57,629 nucleotides of DNA, taken from IMG/VR virus record IMGVR_UViG_3300020044_003994, positions 1 to 57,629 of that record; one strand, 5' to 3'. The translations under genes and the position numbers were made by a program. Below are positions 15,545-24,800 of this stretch, in pieces. This DNA comes from a virus (Duplodnaviria > Caudoviricetes). Position 1 is the first letter of the stretch, and every line of letters starts with the position of its first letter. The notes under the pieces were generated by a model, which was not told the DNA's origin, did not search any database, and was given only the letters and a program-made list of their open reading frames with translations.

Positions 15545-16280
15545 TGATTTCCTCTATCGGCTTCATCGTTGTGATGTCGTACTTTGCGTGCTTTGTCCAC
15601 ACCCTGATGTAGTTACAGATAGGCCGATCAGGGCAGCTATCACACTTGTGATTCTTGGTGCTGGTGTTTGAGGCGTGGGATCGGTGATAGTGAAGAACAT
15701 GAGGGTTCCTGGCAAACTTGTACCGCTCTGCTAGCTGCATGAACAGATCCCCATCCTCGCAGCCCGCCGTGAGTTTAGTGTTATACCCTTCCACCTGCCG
15801 ATAGGCGGACATATGGTACATACCAAAGTGCCTCCACCCAAACCACGATAGGTTCGGCTCATAGTCCCGGCTGGTCGTGTAGCTGGTAACGTTACCATCT
15901 ACGCCGATTTCGCTGGAATCGCTGTAGACCAGGGCCACATCTGGATGGCTCATCAGATACTGATACTGCATCGCCAAGGCATGGGGATACAGCATATCGT
16001 CCGTATCTAAATGCCCAACGAAATCCCCCTTGATATGGGCCATTGCAGCAGCCCGGTTACCAGGGGTCTTTAAGTTCCGTTCATTCTGGTAAACCCTTAT
16101 TCGCTCATCTTTTTCTGCTAGCTTTTGGGCCAATTCATAGGTGCCATCGGTAGAACGATCATCATTGATCACCAATTCCCAGTTGGGATAGGTCTGCGCC
16201 TGGACACTTTCGATGGCAGCTTTGATGAATTGCACGTTGTTGTAGGCAATCATCATCACGGAAATCAGCGGCAAATTCAT
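15528..16280 (-). CDS. GT2-family glycosyltransferase with C-terminal Cys cluster
   Basis: ISV...YN, AIESV.AQTY.NWEL...DD.STDGT, LDTDD, EDGDL. Confidence 0.9.
   Translation of the reverse strand: MNLPLISVMMIAYNNVQFIKAAIESVQAQTYPNWELVINDDRSTDGTYELAQKLAEKDERIRVYQNERNLKTPGNRAAAMAHIKGDFVGHLDTDDMLYPHALAMQYQYLMSHPDVALVYSDSSEIGVDGNVTSYTTSRDYEPNLSWFGWRHFGMYHMSAYRQVEGYNTKLTAGCEDGDLFMQLAERYKFARNPHVLHYHRSHASNTSTKNHKCDSCPDRPICNYIRVWTKHAKYDITTMKPIEEINAQSK
15885..15896. repeat. GGWAACGTTWCC site 3 (in the GT2 gene)
   Basis: TGGTAACGTTACCA. Confidence 0.85.
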
Positions 16281-16282
16281 GT

Positions 16283-16294
16283 GGTAACGTTTCC
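16283..16294. repeat. GGWAACGTTWCC site 4 (intergenic, next to the GT2 start codon)
   Basis: GTGGTAACGTTTCCAG. Confidence 0.85.
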
Positions 16295-16329
16295 AGAGAA
16301 GTTAATTTATACCAGTTATAACACACCTG

Positions 16330-16358
16330 TTGACACCACACAATTCATCAGGTACATT
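16330..16358 (+). promoter_or_regulatory. Sigma70-like rightward promoter of the recombination operon
   Basis: TTGACA-N17-TACATT. Confidence 0.7.
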
Positions 16359-16386
16359 ACACACTCAACCAACAGACAGGAGAAAC

Positions 16387-16413
16387 ATGAAACTCACAAA
16401 CAAATACCATTGA
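16387..16413 (+). pseudogene. Orphaned original 5' end of the exonuclease gene (MKLTNKYH*)
   Basis: AGGAG RBS; 19 nt identical to 16969-16987. Confidence 0.75.
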
Positions 16414-16987
16414 CATTCATAAATGTCACAGACCATAATGAATCTTTTTTAAAAAAGGAAGAGCCATGACGGGAAAACATTCTGTAACAAATTCTCGAAT
16501 CCCAAAAAACTACAAACTTACAAAAGAATTTTTGGATTCTATTTTTGAATACAGAGACGGTGACTTGTATTGGAAGCTTGAAAAGGCAGGGACTATAGAT
16601 GGAGGCGGCTATTGGCAGACAGGAATTAAAGGCAAGTATTTTAAAAATCATCGCTTGATATTTCTTATGCACCACGGCTATCTGCCCAATGTTATTGACC
16701 ATATTGATGGCAATAGAACCAACAACAAAATTGAAAATTTGCGTGAAGCCACAAGAAGCCAAAACAATTGCAATACAAAAATTCCATCCAACAACACATC
16801 TGGCGTGAAGGGCGTTTCATGGGTAAGTAGATTAAAAAAATGGAGGGTAAGAATTTATGTAGAGAAAAAAATGCACCACTTGGGTTACTTCAATGATTTT
16901 GATGATGCCGTTAAAGCCTCAAAAAAAGCAAGGCAAAAACTCCATAAAAATTTTGCAAGGGAACAATAATGAAACTCACAAACAAAT
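16406..16987 (+). mobile_element. Free-standing homing endonuclease insertion flanked by a 19-nt direct repeat
   Basis: ATGAAACTCACAAACAAAT at 16387 and 16969; AT-rich; own TTGACA-N18-CATAAT promoter. Confidence 0.75.
16466..16969 (+). CDS. HNH homing endonuclease with C-terminal AP2-like domain
   Basis: HRLIF, IDHIDGNRTNNKIENLR, NTSGVKGV.W, W.VRI....HLGYF. Confidence 0.9.
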   Translation: MTGKHSVTNSRIPKNYKLTKEFLDSIFEYRDGDLYWKLEKAGTIDGGGYWQTGIKGKYFKNHRLIFLMHHGYLPNVIDHIDGNRTNNKIENLREATRSQNNCNTKIPSNNTSGVKGVSWVSRLKKWRVRIYVEKKMHHLGYFNDFDDAVKASKKARQKLHKNFAREQ

Positions 16988-17847
16988 TTGGATTACCAGA
17001 AACTATAGTCAACGTTATACATCGGCCCACCTACAGCAAGGGGTCTGCAAACATATCAGCGACAGAACTGCTCAACAGCCCTCGTATCGTTCAACTCAAG
17101 CGCAAGCATTGGGATGAGATTGAGACTGATGCCAGCGAGATGGTCTGGTCACTGTTTGGCTCTGCAGTTCACAACATCTTGGAGCATGGTAAAGATACCC
17201 ACCATATCGTTGAGGAGCGGATCTTCACTGAGTACGATGGTTGGAAGCTGAGCGGCGCGATTGACCTGCAAGAAGTTGAAGACGATGGAATCATCATCTC
17301 CGACTACAAGGTCACAGGCGCATGGTCAGTGATGAATGAGAAACAAGATTGGCACAACCAGCTAAACGTTTACGCATGGCTGGTGGAGAAGGTAAAGAAT
17401 AAGCCTGTCAAGAAACTCCAAATCATTGCCATCGTGCGTGATTGGGTCGCTAGAGACACAGTAAAAGAAGGCTACCCATCATCCCCCATCGCTACGATTG
17501 ACATCCCTCTGTGGCCGTTTATGCACCGTGAGGCATACGTAAAAGACAGGATCAACCTGCATAGCCACGCTTACTTTGAGAGCGAGACTCAAGGAGAAAT
17601 CTCTGACTGCACACCAGAGGAAATGTGGGAAAAGCAAACAACCTATGCCGTCAAGAAAGTTGATGGTGTACGTGCCAAGAGTGTTCACAAGACACTGGAG
17701 GAGGCACAAGCTTCACTTAGCCAGCTTAAGGGCTATTCAATTGAAGTCAGACCGGGCGAACGAACACGCTGCGAAAAGTATTGTCAGGTCAACGGCTTCT
17801 GTTCTCAATACCAAAAATACCTGAAGGAAAAAAATGACAGTGTATAA
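16969..17847 (+). CDS. PD-(D/E)XK exonuclease (Cas4/AddB-like Cys cluster)
   Basis: G.AVH..LE, EER, LSGAIDL, DYKVT, QLNVYAWL, RC..YC....FC. Confidence 0.85.
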   Translation: MKLTNKFGLPETIVNVIHRPTYSKGSANISATELLNSPRIVQLKRKHWDEIETDASEMVWSLFGSAVHNILEHGKDTHHIVEERIFTEYDGWKLSGAIDLQEVEDDGIIISDYKVTGAWSVMNEKQDWHNQLNVYAWLVEKVKNKPVKKLQIIAIVRDWVARDTVKEGYPSSPIATIDIPLWPFMHREAYVKDRINLHSHAYFESETQGEISDCTPEEMWEKQTTYAVKKVDGVRAKSVHKTLEEAQASLSQLKGYSIEVRPGERTRCEKYCQVNGFCSQYQKYLKEKNDSV

Positions 17848-18520
17848 AAAGCTGCAAGCAGCAAGACATGAGCTTTCAAAAGCCAACCTCAAGAAATCAG
17901 GATTGAATTCTTTTGGCGGCTGGAAATACTACGAACTGGGAGACTTTATTCCCACAGTGAACAAGATCTTTGATGAGAAGGGATTGTGTGGCGTGTTCTC
18001 CTTTGGGGAAGTGGCAACGTTAACAATCTTTGATTCAGAAACTGGTGATGGAGTCGTGTTCTCCACCCCTATCGTCTATGCCGAGAGCAACAAGGGACAA
18101 CCTATCCAGTTGCTGGGCAGCACCCATTCTTATTTGCGCCGTTACCTTTGGTTGATGGCGATGGAGATTGTTGAGTCCGATGCGGTGGACGCTGAGAAGC
18201 AAGAGGAAAAGCCAGAGCCGGTGAAGGTCAAGGTCAAGCCACCAGCAAAGATCGCCGGAGCGGATAACCCCTGGCAGCTTTCAATCACAACAGATGAATC
18301 AGCAGGTCTGCAAGATTGGCTGAACATTGTTGTCGAGGCTACACGCATGGCACTGCGTCAGGCCAAATCAGAGAAAGATGTGCTGGACATCTTCAAGGTT
18401 AATCGGGTGATCTTTGATCGCCTGAAAGCAGAATCCGAAGAGGATCATGTCGCCATCCTGGGCGATTTCAAGAAACGCAAAGACGAACTGAAGGAGGAAA
18501 GCAATGGCACAGTACCCTAA
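17834..18520 (+). CDS. erf: ERF-family ssDNA annealing protein
   Basis: KKSG.N.F....Y.EL.D, Q.LGS..SY.RRY. Confidence 0.8.
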   Translation: MTVYKKLQAARHELSKANLKKSGLNSFGGWKYYELGDFIPTVNKIFDEKGLCGVFSFGEVATLTIFDSETGDGVVFSTPIVYAESNKGQPIQLLGSTHSYLRRYLWLMAMEIVESDAVDAEKQEEKPEPVKVKVKPPAKIAGADNPWQLSITTDESAGLQDWLNIVVEATRMALRQAKSEKDVLDIFKVNRVIFDRLKAESEEDHVAILGDFKKRKDELKEESNGTVP

Positions 18521-18806
18521 TTCTGGAAAACTATCGGCAAACAGGTACAAGGACGCACCCAACAAGCCCGACATGGTGGGCGAGTTGGTGATGGACAGAT
18601 CTGCGCTGCGCACACTGTTGGAAGAAACTGATTCCGATGACATCGTGATCAAGCTGGGTGTGTGGAAGATGAGTGGTGAATACGGCGAATGGTTCCGTAT
18701 GTCTTGGAACAACTACAAACCCAAGCCAAAGGACAACCCATATGTCCCGCCACGGCAGGAGAGGCCACGGCAGCAGGTTATTGATGACCAAGATATTCCT
18801 TTTTAG
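18504..18806 (+). CDS. Probable small SSB-like protein
   Basis: N..K....PD..G, acidic DDQDIPF tail. Confidence 0.65.
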   Translation: MAQYPNSGKLSANRYKDAPNKPDMVGELVMDRSALRTLLEETDSDDIVIKLGVWKMSGEYGEWFRMSWNNYKPKPKDNPYVPPRQERPRQQVIDDQDIPF

Positions 18807-18815
18807 GAGAAAAAC

Positions 18816-19100
18816 ATGGTAAGAATATTTTCAGATGTAAACGGCACGGGCGATTATGTTATTCAAACAACGTCAATTGATGTAGATACATTTATCGCAG
18901 AGTTGGCCGAGGCAATGGACATTGCTTTAAAAAAATCAGACGATGGTGGATTGAGTGCCCTTGGGATACTTAAAAACGCCATGCCAATTGCATATAAATT
19001 GTCTGGGTATAAGGCAGAGACTGTTCAAGAGCAACGAACATTAGTTTGTGGAAACATTTCCCCAAATATGTGTGAGGTGGTATCAAGTGCAGGTCGCTGA
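18816..19100 (+). CDS. Hypothetical protein
   Basis: AGGAG RBS. Confidence 0.6.
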   Translation: MVRIFSDVNGTGDYVIQTTSIDVDTFIAELAEAMDIALKKSDDGGLSALGILKNAMPIAYKLSGYKAETVQEQRTLVCGNISPNMCEVVSSAGR

Positions 19101-19617
19101 CCTTTGGTGGGCTGGCAAGGAAGAAGCCCTCTCAACCAAGCTGGACAAAATGGCACCGTCTTGCTTTCGCATGGATGATGTCTTCAAAGCCGCCTTGGTT
19201 AAAACAGCCGAACACCGGGACGGCGTTGGCTGGAAGACTGAGGTACTACAGCAGGATGCTGTTGCCGAATGTATGGTTTATTTTTCACAATGGAAGACAA
19301 GTATGGAAGCATCAATTGCAGCAACGGAATCCACCGTTAGAGCACAAGCATCGGTTGACAACCTAAAGAAAACACTTTTAGATTTTCGTGGATCAATCAA
19401 AAACGATTTATCTTCAATGAAAGCCGCAAGCGAAAGGGTACAGAACGAAGTTGTGCAGATGAGGGAAAAATACAAACAAGCACAAGACTTGTTGACCACG
19501 CCTGAATTTGTGAAAGCAATTGAAAACGCCGAACGCATGGCGTCTGCTTTGAAAGCAATCCAAGCATTGACAGAAACGAAAGTGAGTGTGGCTGTTTTCA
19601 GTGGCGGGAAAGAATGA
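19087..19617 (+). CDS. Coiled-coil hypothetical protein
   Basis: GAGGTG RBS before GTG 19087; start uncertain. Confidence 0.55.
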   Translation: MQVADLWWAGKEEALSTKLDKMAPSCFRMDDVFKAALVKTAEHRDGVGWKTEVLQQDAVAECMVYFSQWKTSMEASIAATESTVRAQASVDNLKKTLLDFRGSIKNDLSSMKAASERVQNEVVQMREKYKQAQDLLTTPEFVKAIENAERMASALKAIQALTETKVSVAVFSGGKE

Positions 19618-20033
19618 AGACAAGTCAGTTTGAGGCCATCAAGGTAGCCATTAAACAAGACAAGACGGGGTATGTCCTTACCCTGTCTATCCATCCAGAT
19701 GAGATTCCTGATGAAGTCCTGCGTGACTTTGTTGGGGCTAGGTATCAGGTGGTAATGGTTCGCTTGAACGGTGAAGAAAAGCCTATGGACAGGGAGCAAG
19801 ACCTGCCAAAAGATTTGGTACAGCTTGCCGGGATCTTATGCAATGACCAGAAGTTTCACGATTGGTTATTCAGCTTAGGGTTCATTGAAGTACCAAACTC
19901 AACAGCATCAACGAACTGGATGCGATCAGAACTGGGGGTTCAATCCCGCGCAGAACTGAAAACAAATCCAGAAGCAGCAAAAACTTTATTGCATATAAAC
20001 GAGGAATTCAAAGCATGGAAACGAAACGGCTAG
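19614..20033 (+). CDS. Conserved phage hypothetical protein
   Basis: ATGA overlap; AGILC.D..F..W, SRAEL. Confidence 0.65.
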   Translation: MKTSQFEAIKVAIKQDKTGYVLTLSIHPDEIPDEVLRDFVGARYQVVMVRLNGEEKPMDREQDLPKDLVQLAGILCNDQKFHDWLFSLGFIEVPNSTASTNWMRSELGVQSRAELKTNPEAAKTLLHINEEFKAWKRNG

Positions 20034-20332
20034 TACCCTACTCAGTGCATCTGAGAGAGGACATTTATTTGAAACTAAAAGAGGCGGCAGGACAGCGCAA
20101 AGCAACGGCACTGGTTCGGGATGCCATCACATTAATCGTAGAGGGCGATGATGTGTTCAATGGCGGATACAACAAGGGGCTGCGAGATGCCATTGCCGTT
20201 ATCCAAGAGAACGAAAGAGCCAGCAGCATCTCCGTAGATGGAGAGTCCATTGCTGACATTCTTTCCAAGCAGATTGAGGCCATGATTCTCAATCAAGCAG
20301 TGGGAGTCAAGAATGGCAAGAAAAAAATCTGA
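20015..20332 (+). CDS. Probable RHH-type DNA-binding protein
   Basis: PYSVHLREDIYLKLKEAA...ALVRDAI. Confidence 0.55.
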   Translation: METKRLVPYSVHLREDIYLKLKEAAGQRKATALVRDAITLIVEGDDVFNGGYNKGLRDAIAVIQENERASSISVDGESIADILSKQIEAMILNQAVGVKNGKKKI

Positions 20333-20507
20333 AGGCATTGAGTCTCTTGTCTCCAAGGTTGAGCCTGTATCCATTCAAGAAATCACAATGCTTGATTGGT
20401 ATGCTGCCTTTGCCTTGATGGCAAGCACTCAGCCCCACGAGATAGCGGCAGAGTACGCATTCAATAGGGCCGAGGCCATGATGAAAGAAAGAGAGAAGAG
20501 AGTATGA
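20313..20507 (+). CDS. Small protein of the D(Y/W)(F/Y)AA..M family
   Basis: MLDWYAAFALM..AF..AEAMMKER. Confidence 0.65.
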   Translation: MARKKSEGIESLVSKVEPVSIQEITMLDWYAAFALMASTQPHEIAAEYAFNRAEAMMKEREKRV

Positions 20508-20722
20508 AGAGTGCATTCCCCACCAACAACTGGCGGCAGATGACACCCATCTCCGAGGGGTACGATGAGGGTATGTTGCTGATGGATTACTTTGCAGCCA
20601 AGGTAATGCAAGCACTGGTCAGCGAGACAGGTATGACCATGCCTGACTTTGCAGCAACCGCCTATGACATGGCAGAAGACATGATAAAGGAAAGAAATGA
20701 ACGACTTCAACGATTGGGCTAG
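20504..20722 (+). CDS. Small protein, paralog of the previous gene
   Basis: AFP..GMLLMDYFAAKVMQ..AY.MAE.M.KER. Confidence 0.65.
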   Translation: MKSAFPTNNWRQMTPISEGYDEGMLLMDYFAAKVMQALVSETGMTMPDFAATAYDMAEDMIKERNERLQRLG

Positions 20723-20876
20723 TTACCTGCTGCGTGCAGAGATGAGCATGAGAATGCTCAACGACAAACTGCTGCATAAACATTACGAGGGGATTGATCG
20801 GCTAGTCGATAGCATCATCGATGATCTGATCAAGACCAAGATATGGACGGCGCACGAGAAGAACAAGATTGAATAA
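20697..20876 (+). CDS. Small hypothetical protein, 59 aa
   Basis: Read by eye; AAGGA RBS. Confidence 0.55.
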   Translation: MNDFNDWASYLLRAEMSMRMLNDKLLHKHYEGIDRLVDSIIDDLIKTKIWTAHEKNKIE

Positions 20877-21135
20877 CAATCTCACCGCCAAGCAGAAGGC
20901 GCACATAGGCAGAGTGAAGATGCTTCCCTGCTCTGTCTGTGACGCGCCAGCACCGTCTGATGCTCACCACATAGAACAATCGTTGCAGTATTGCGTAGTG
21001 GCCCTATGCAAAGACTGCCACCAGGGTTCTATGATGGGGTGGCACGGGCAGAAAAGAATGTGGAAGATCAAGAAAATGGAAGAGCTTGACGCCCTAAACG
21101 TTACCATCGAAAGGCTGTTAGATGTACGTGATTAG
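20869..21135 (+). CDS. Ref/DUF968-like HNH-type zinc nuclease
   Basis: PCSVC, AHHI, ALCKDCHQG; TTG start. Confidence 0.7.
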   Translation: MNNNLTAKQKAHIGRVKMLPCSVCDAPAPSDAHHIEQSLQYCVVALCKDCHQGSMMGWHGQKRMWKIKKMEELDALNVTIERLLDVRD

Positions 21136-21859
21136 TAGCTCTGGCGGCAACGATAGCGTTGCAATGATTCAGTGGGCAATAGAGCAAAAGCTGCCCGATG
21201 TCCATGTAACGTTCTGCGACACAGGCTGGTCTGCCCCCGGCTGGATGGTTCGTATCGATAAAGTACACGCCTACGCCGAGGCGCACGGCATGAAAACACA
21301 CATCGTCAAAAGCATTGGGATGCACGACCTTGTGCGCACAAAGAAGGGCTTCCCAGGTAACGCCCAGCAATTCTGCACCGCACACCTCAAAGGCGTACCG
21401 TTCTTAGAATGGATTGATGAGGAAGACAAAGAGTGCAAGGCCGTGGTCATGGTGGGTAAGCGCAGGGCCGAGAGCGAGGCCCGTAAGGCTACGCCACAGT
21501 TTGTGTACGGCTCAGACTACCACGGCGGCAGAACCCTTTGGCACCCTCTCTACCTACACACAGATGCAGACAGGAATAAACTGCTTAGCCGGTCTGGGTT
21601 TGAAGCGTTACCGCACAGATCACTTGAGTGCAACCCATGTGTGAATGCAAATCGATCAGACTTCCTGCGCCTAACACCTGGAGAGATTGAGCGGGTCAAT
21701 GAGCTTGAGGTAGAGATAGGCAAGCCCATGTTTAGGCCAAAGCGATTCAGCGCCCTGGGCATCTATGGCGTCATTGCCTGGGCAAAAGACGGAAGAGATC
21801 GTGGAGACTTTGCCGAAGAGGATGCTCAATGCTCATCACTCTTTGGCTGCGGTCTATAG
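21122..21859 (+). CDS. PAPS-reductase-family (PP-loop) protein
   Basis: SSGGNDS PP-loop, DTGW, GFP...QFCT.HLK, G.RRAES..R, C.PC. Confidence 0.85.
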   Translation: MYVISSSGGNDSVAMIQWAIEQKLPDVHVTFCDTGWSAPGWMVRIDKVHAYAEAHGMKTHIVKSIGMHDLVRTKKGFPGNAQQFCTAHLKGVPFLEWIDEEDKECKAVVMVGKRRAESEARKATPQFVYGSDYHGGRTLWHPLYLHTDADRNKLLSRSGFEALPHRSLECNPCVNANRSDFLRLTPGEIERVNELEVEIGKPMFRPKRFSALGIYGVIAWAKDGRDRGDFAEEDAQCSSLFGCGL

Positions 21860-21876
21860 TGGAAACGTTTCCACTA
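21857..21876. repeat. GGWAACGTTWCC site 5: perfect 20-bp palindrome between two convergent stop codons
   Basis: TAGTGGAAACGTTTCCACTA. Confidence 0.9.
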
Positions 21877-24800
21877 CTTCATCGACTTGCGGGTTTCTTC
21901 AGCCTGCTCAGCCATCATTGAAATCAATTCTTTGAGGCGGTCAATCTCTTCACGCTTGGTAGCGCCGTCCATAGAGGTGTCGTTTGTAACCATGCGGATC
22001 TGCAAGCGCACCTTAGCCATGTTCTTTGCCGTCTTGTCATAGAACTTGGCTAGGCCAATCTTGTCTTGCTTCTCTTCAAGGATCTTGAGTACCTTAGCGG
22101 AGTCACCGATCTCTGCATAGTGCCGCATATCAGCATACGCCTGACTGATCTCTTTGTTGTTCTCATAGAAAGCAGTGGCGTATTTGGATTGATTCGATGG
22201 CAGCGACTTGATGAATCCAACACTCACCTTGTCCACCCACTTGGTATCAGGATAAGCGCCATCTTTGAACGGCATGACGGCATAGTGCGATGACTCTGCA
22301 ATCGTGCCGCCCAGCCAGCCAAAGTAAGCCTTGATGGCATAGTCCACCTGCACAGGAGACAGCCCCTCACCAGGAACCACCACCTTGGTCAAGCCACCCA
22401 GGGCGATAGCCAACGGGCTTGTGGTGTCTGTTGCACGTTCTTGCTTGGACAAGCGCTCCATGCCGGTAGACTCAATCGGCGCACCAGTGAATGAATCTTT
22501 GTTGGCATACAGATCCACCAGCGGCTTCACAAACTGAGGCAGGTTGACCGCAAAGGTGTCCGTAATCATTCTCTTCAATGACTGCTCAAACTGCTTGCCC
22601 TCTGCGCCTTGGTCAAAGATCTGCTCAGCCGTGCGCTCTGCCAACGTACCAAATGCACCGATCTCAAAAGGTTTGGGTATGCGCAGCGCATATTCCATTC
22701 CAGGCAGCTTGAACCACCAGAAGTTATCCCGATCCCACTCATCCCGCTTCTTAAACTCTTCATCGTCCTTGAACGCAAAGTACAAGGCCAAGGATGCAAA
22801 GCACACAGCGCCGGTAACGATTCCAAAGGACTCAGCTTTTTGCCTGTCCGTTTGCTCAATCGGCTTACCAGTGATGGAGTTATAGAACACCCGAACAGTA
22901 GGATTGATGCCGTCTTTGCCCAGCTTGTACAGACCTTGTGTGCGGGCATTCAAGAATGGAATCACTTGAGTCAGCAGGCGGAAGGCAGGCCATGAGCCTT
23001 GCATAGAGAAGTCAAGCAAATCTCTGGCGTAGTATGAAGCTTCAAGGTGCCCATAACCCTTGTCCTTCATCTGTTGATACAGCGCCATGCGGTTTGCAGA
23101 TTCAGACTTGTTGCCAAACTCTTGGTACTTATCCCATGCCTTTTTAAGTTGGGTCTTAATCTTTGCAGGTGTATCCAGAATGTGTTCTTCTTTGACGCCC
23201 ATCTTGATCAGCCGCTTCACCAGCGCAGCCTGATCTCCCTCAACGATGGAGCCAAAGTTAAACAAAGCGCCGCCAGCCAAGGCAGACATATGGGCAGGAT
23301 TGTTCTTGTTGCTCAAAGCCCAGCCGTTAACCACGTTGGCAAATGGATTCTTCTTCAGGTCACTGACAGCCATCGCAGAGATGGAGTCGCGGAACAAGTT
23401 GCGGATCTTGAACGCAGGAGAAATGGTCACGCCAAACTGGAGGACGTTCTTGAATCCTCTAGCCACATCCAAGAACTTGGACTTTGGCCCCATGTATCCA
23501 ATGGAAGTAATTGAATCCAGCAGCAAAGGATCAAGCACTTGGTAATACACAGGCTGACCATCGACCATCGCCTTAACTGTTCCCTTGCCGGATTCAGTCA
23601 TCCACGACTTGACAGATCCATCGCCGACCATTTCATCATTGCTGCGGTAGTAAACCTTACCGTCAATGATGTAGTACGGCACTTTGAGGTTTGGCTCTGC
23701 GCCGCCCAGCTTTTCGGCAGCAGTAAGCGAAGCGGCAGCAGCCTGATTCTTCATGGAAGCAGACAGGATGTGACTCCAGTTACGCAGAGTGTTTTCCATC
23801 AGATCGGCAAACGGGCTGACACCACCCTCCAAAGCTTTGGAGAAGTGCTGGTTTGACAAGCCGCTAGAAGTCATTACCTTGGAAACGTCACCATCTTCCA
23901 TCTCACGATAGAACGGGATGTAGTTGATGTCAGCAATGAAACGCTCATAGCCGATTGGGTTCTTTTGCAATTCCTCAATCTGGGCCTCAAGCTCTTCAAT
24001 CTCTTTTTCTCTCTTGGCATCAGACAGGTTTTCATTGTTCTGAGCAACATTGATGCGATCACGCAGCCTGTCAATTGCGTTAGCCGTAGAGTCAATCAGC
24101 CCAGCGTCCAGGGCCACCTTCAGCACAGAACGGTTTAGTTTGTTCATCTCCGTGCGCACAGCTTTATAGACCTGCTCACGAGGCTTGCCGTCTATCTCTC
24201 CGGCGCTAAGCTCATCCCTGCGGCTAACAAGCTCATCCAGGTTGTCAATGTTGGATCGTTTGTTCGCGGGCAGATCGGCTTCACGATTCAAGGCAACCCA
24301 CATCTGGTAACGATCCACCTCATTGCCCAGAGGCTTCAAGACTTCAATCATGCCCTTGGTATCAGGTTTGATATTCAGTGCGCCACCGTCATTGAATACT
24401 TGACCAAAGAACATTAGACCTTCAAGAGCGCCGTCTACAGTTTTGGACATACGAGCAAGAATATAAGCGTCTTCGCTGTACTCTTTAATGGTGCGGAACT
24501 GATCAGCAATACCTTGGGAAAGGCGCTGCCAGAAGCGATCCTGCATCTCTTCAATGCGCTCAACGATTGTCTTCCTCTGAGGAGCAAAGATAGGATTGGC
24601 CTTCTCCAAAAAGTCGGGCGGCACATCTTGGAAGCTGGTGGGCGACAGAGGCTTGCGCTTTTGCAGAGCAGCAGAAGCCTTGGCTTTTAATTTGTCGCCC
24701 AAGCTCTCCTCTTCAACCTGTTCTTCGCCCACGCTCTCATAAAGGAATTCTTCCCTGGGCGCATACTTGACATTCTTTGCCAAGACAAAACGACCCACCT

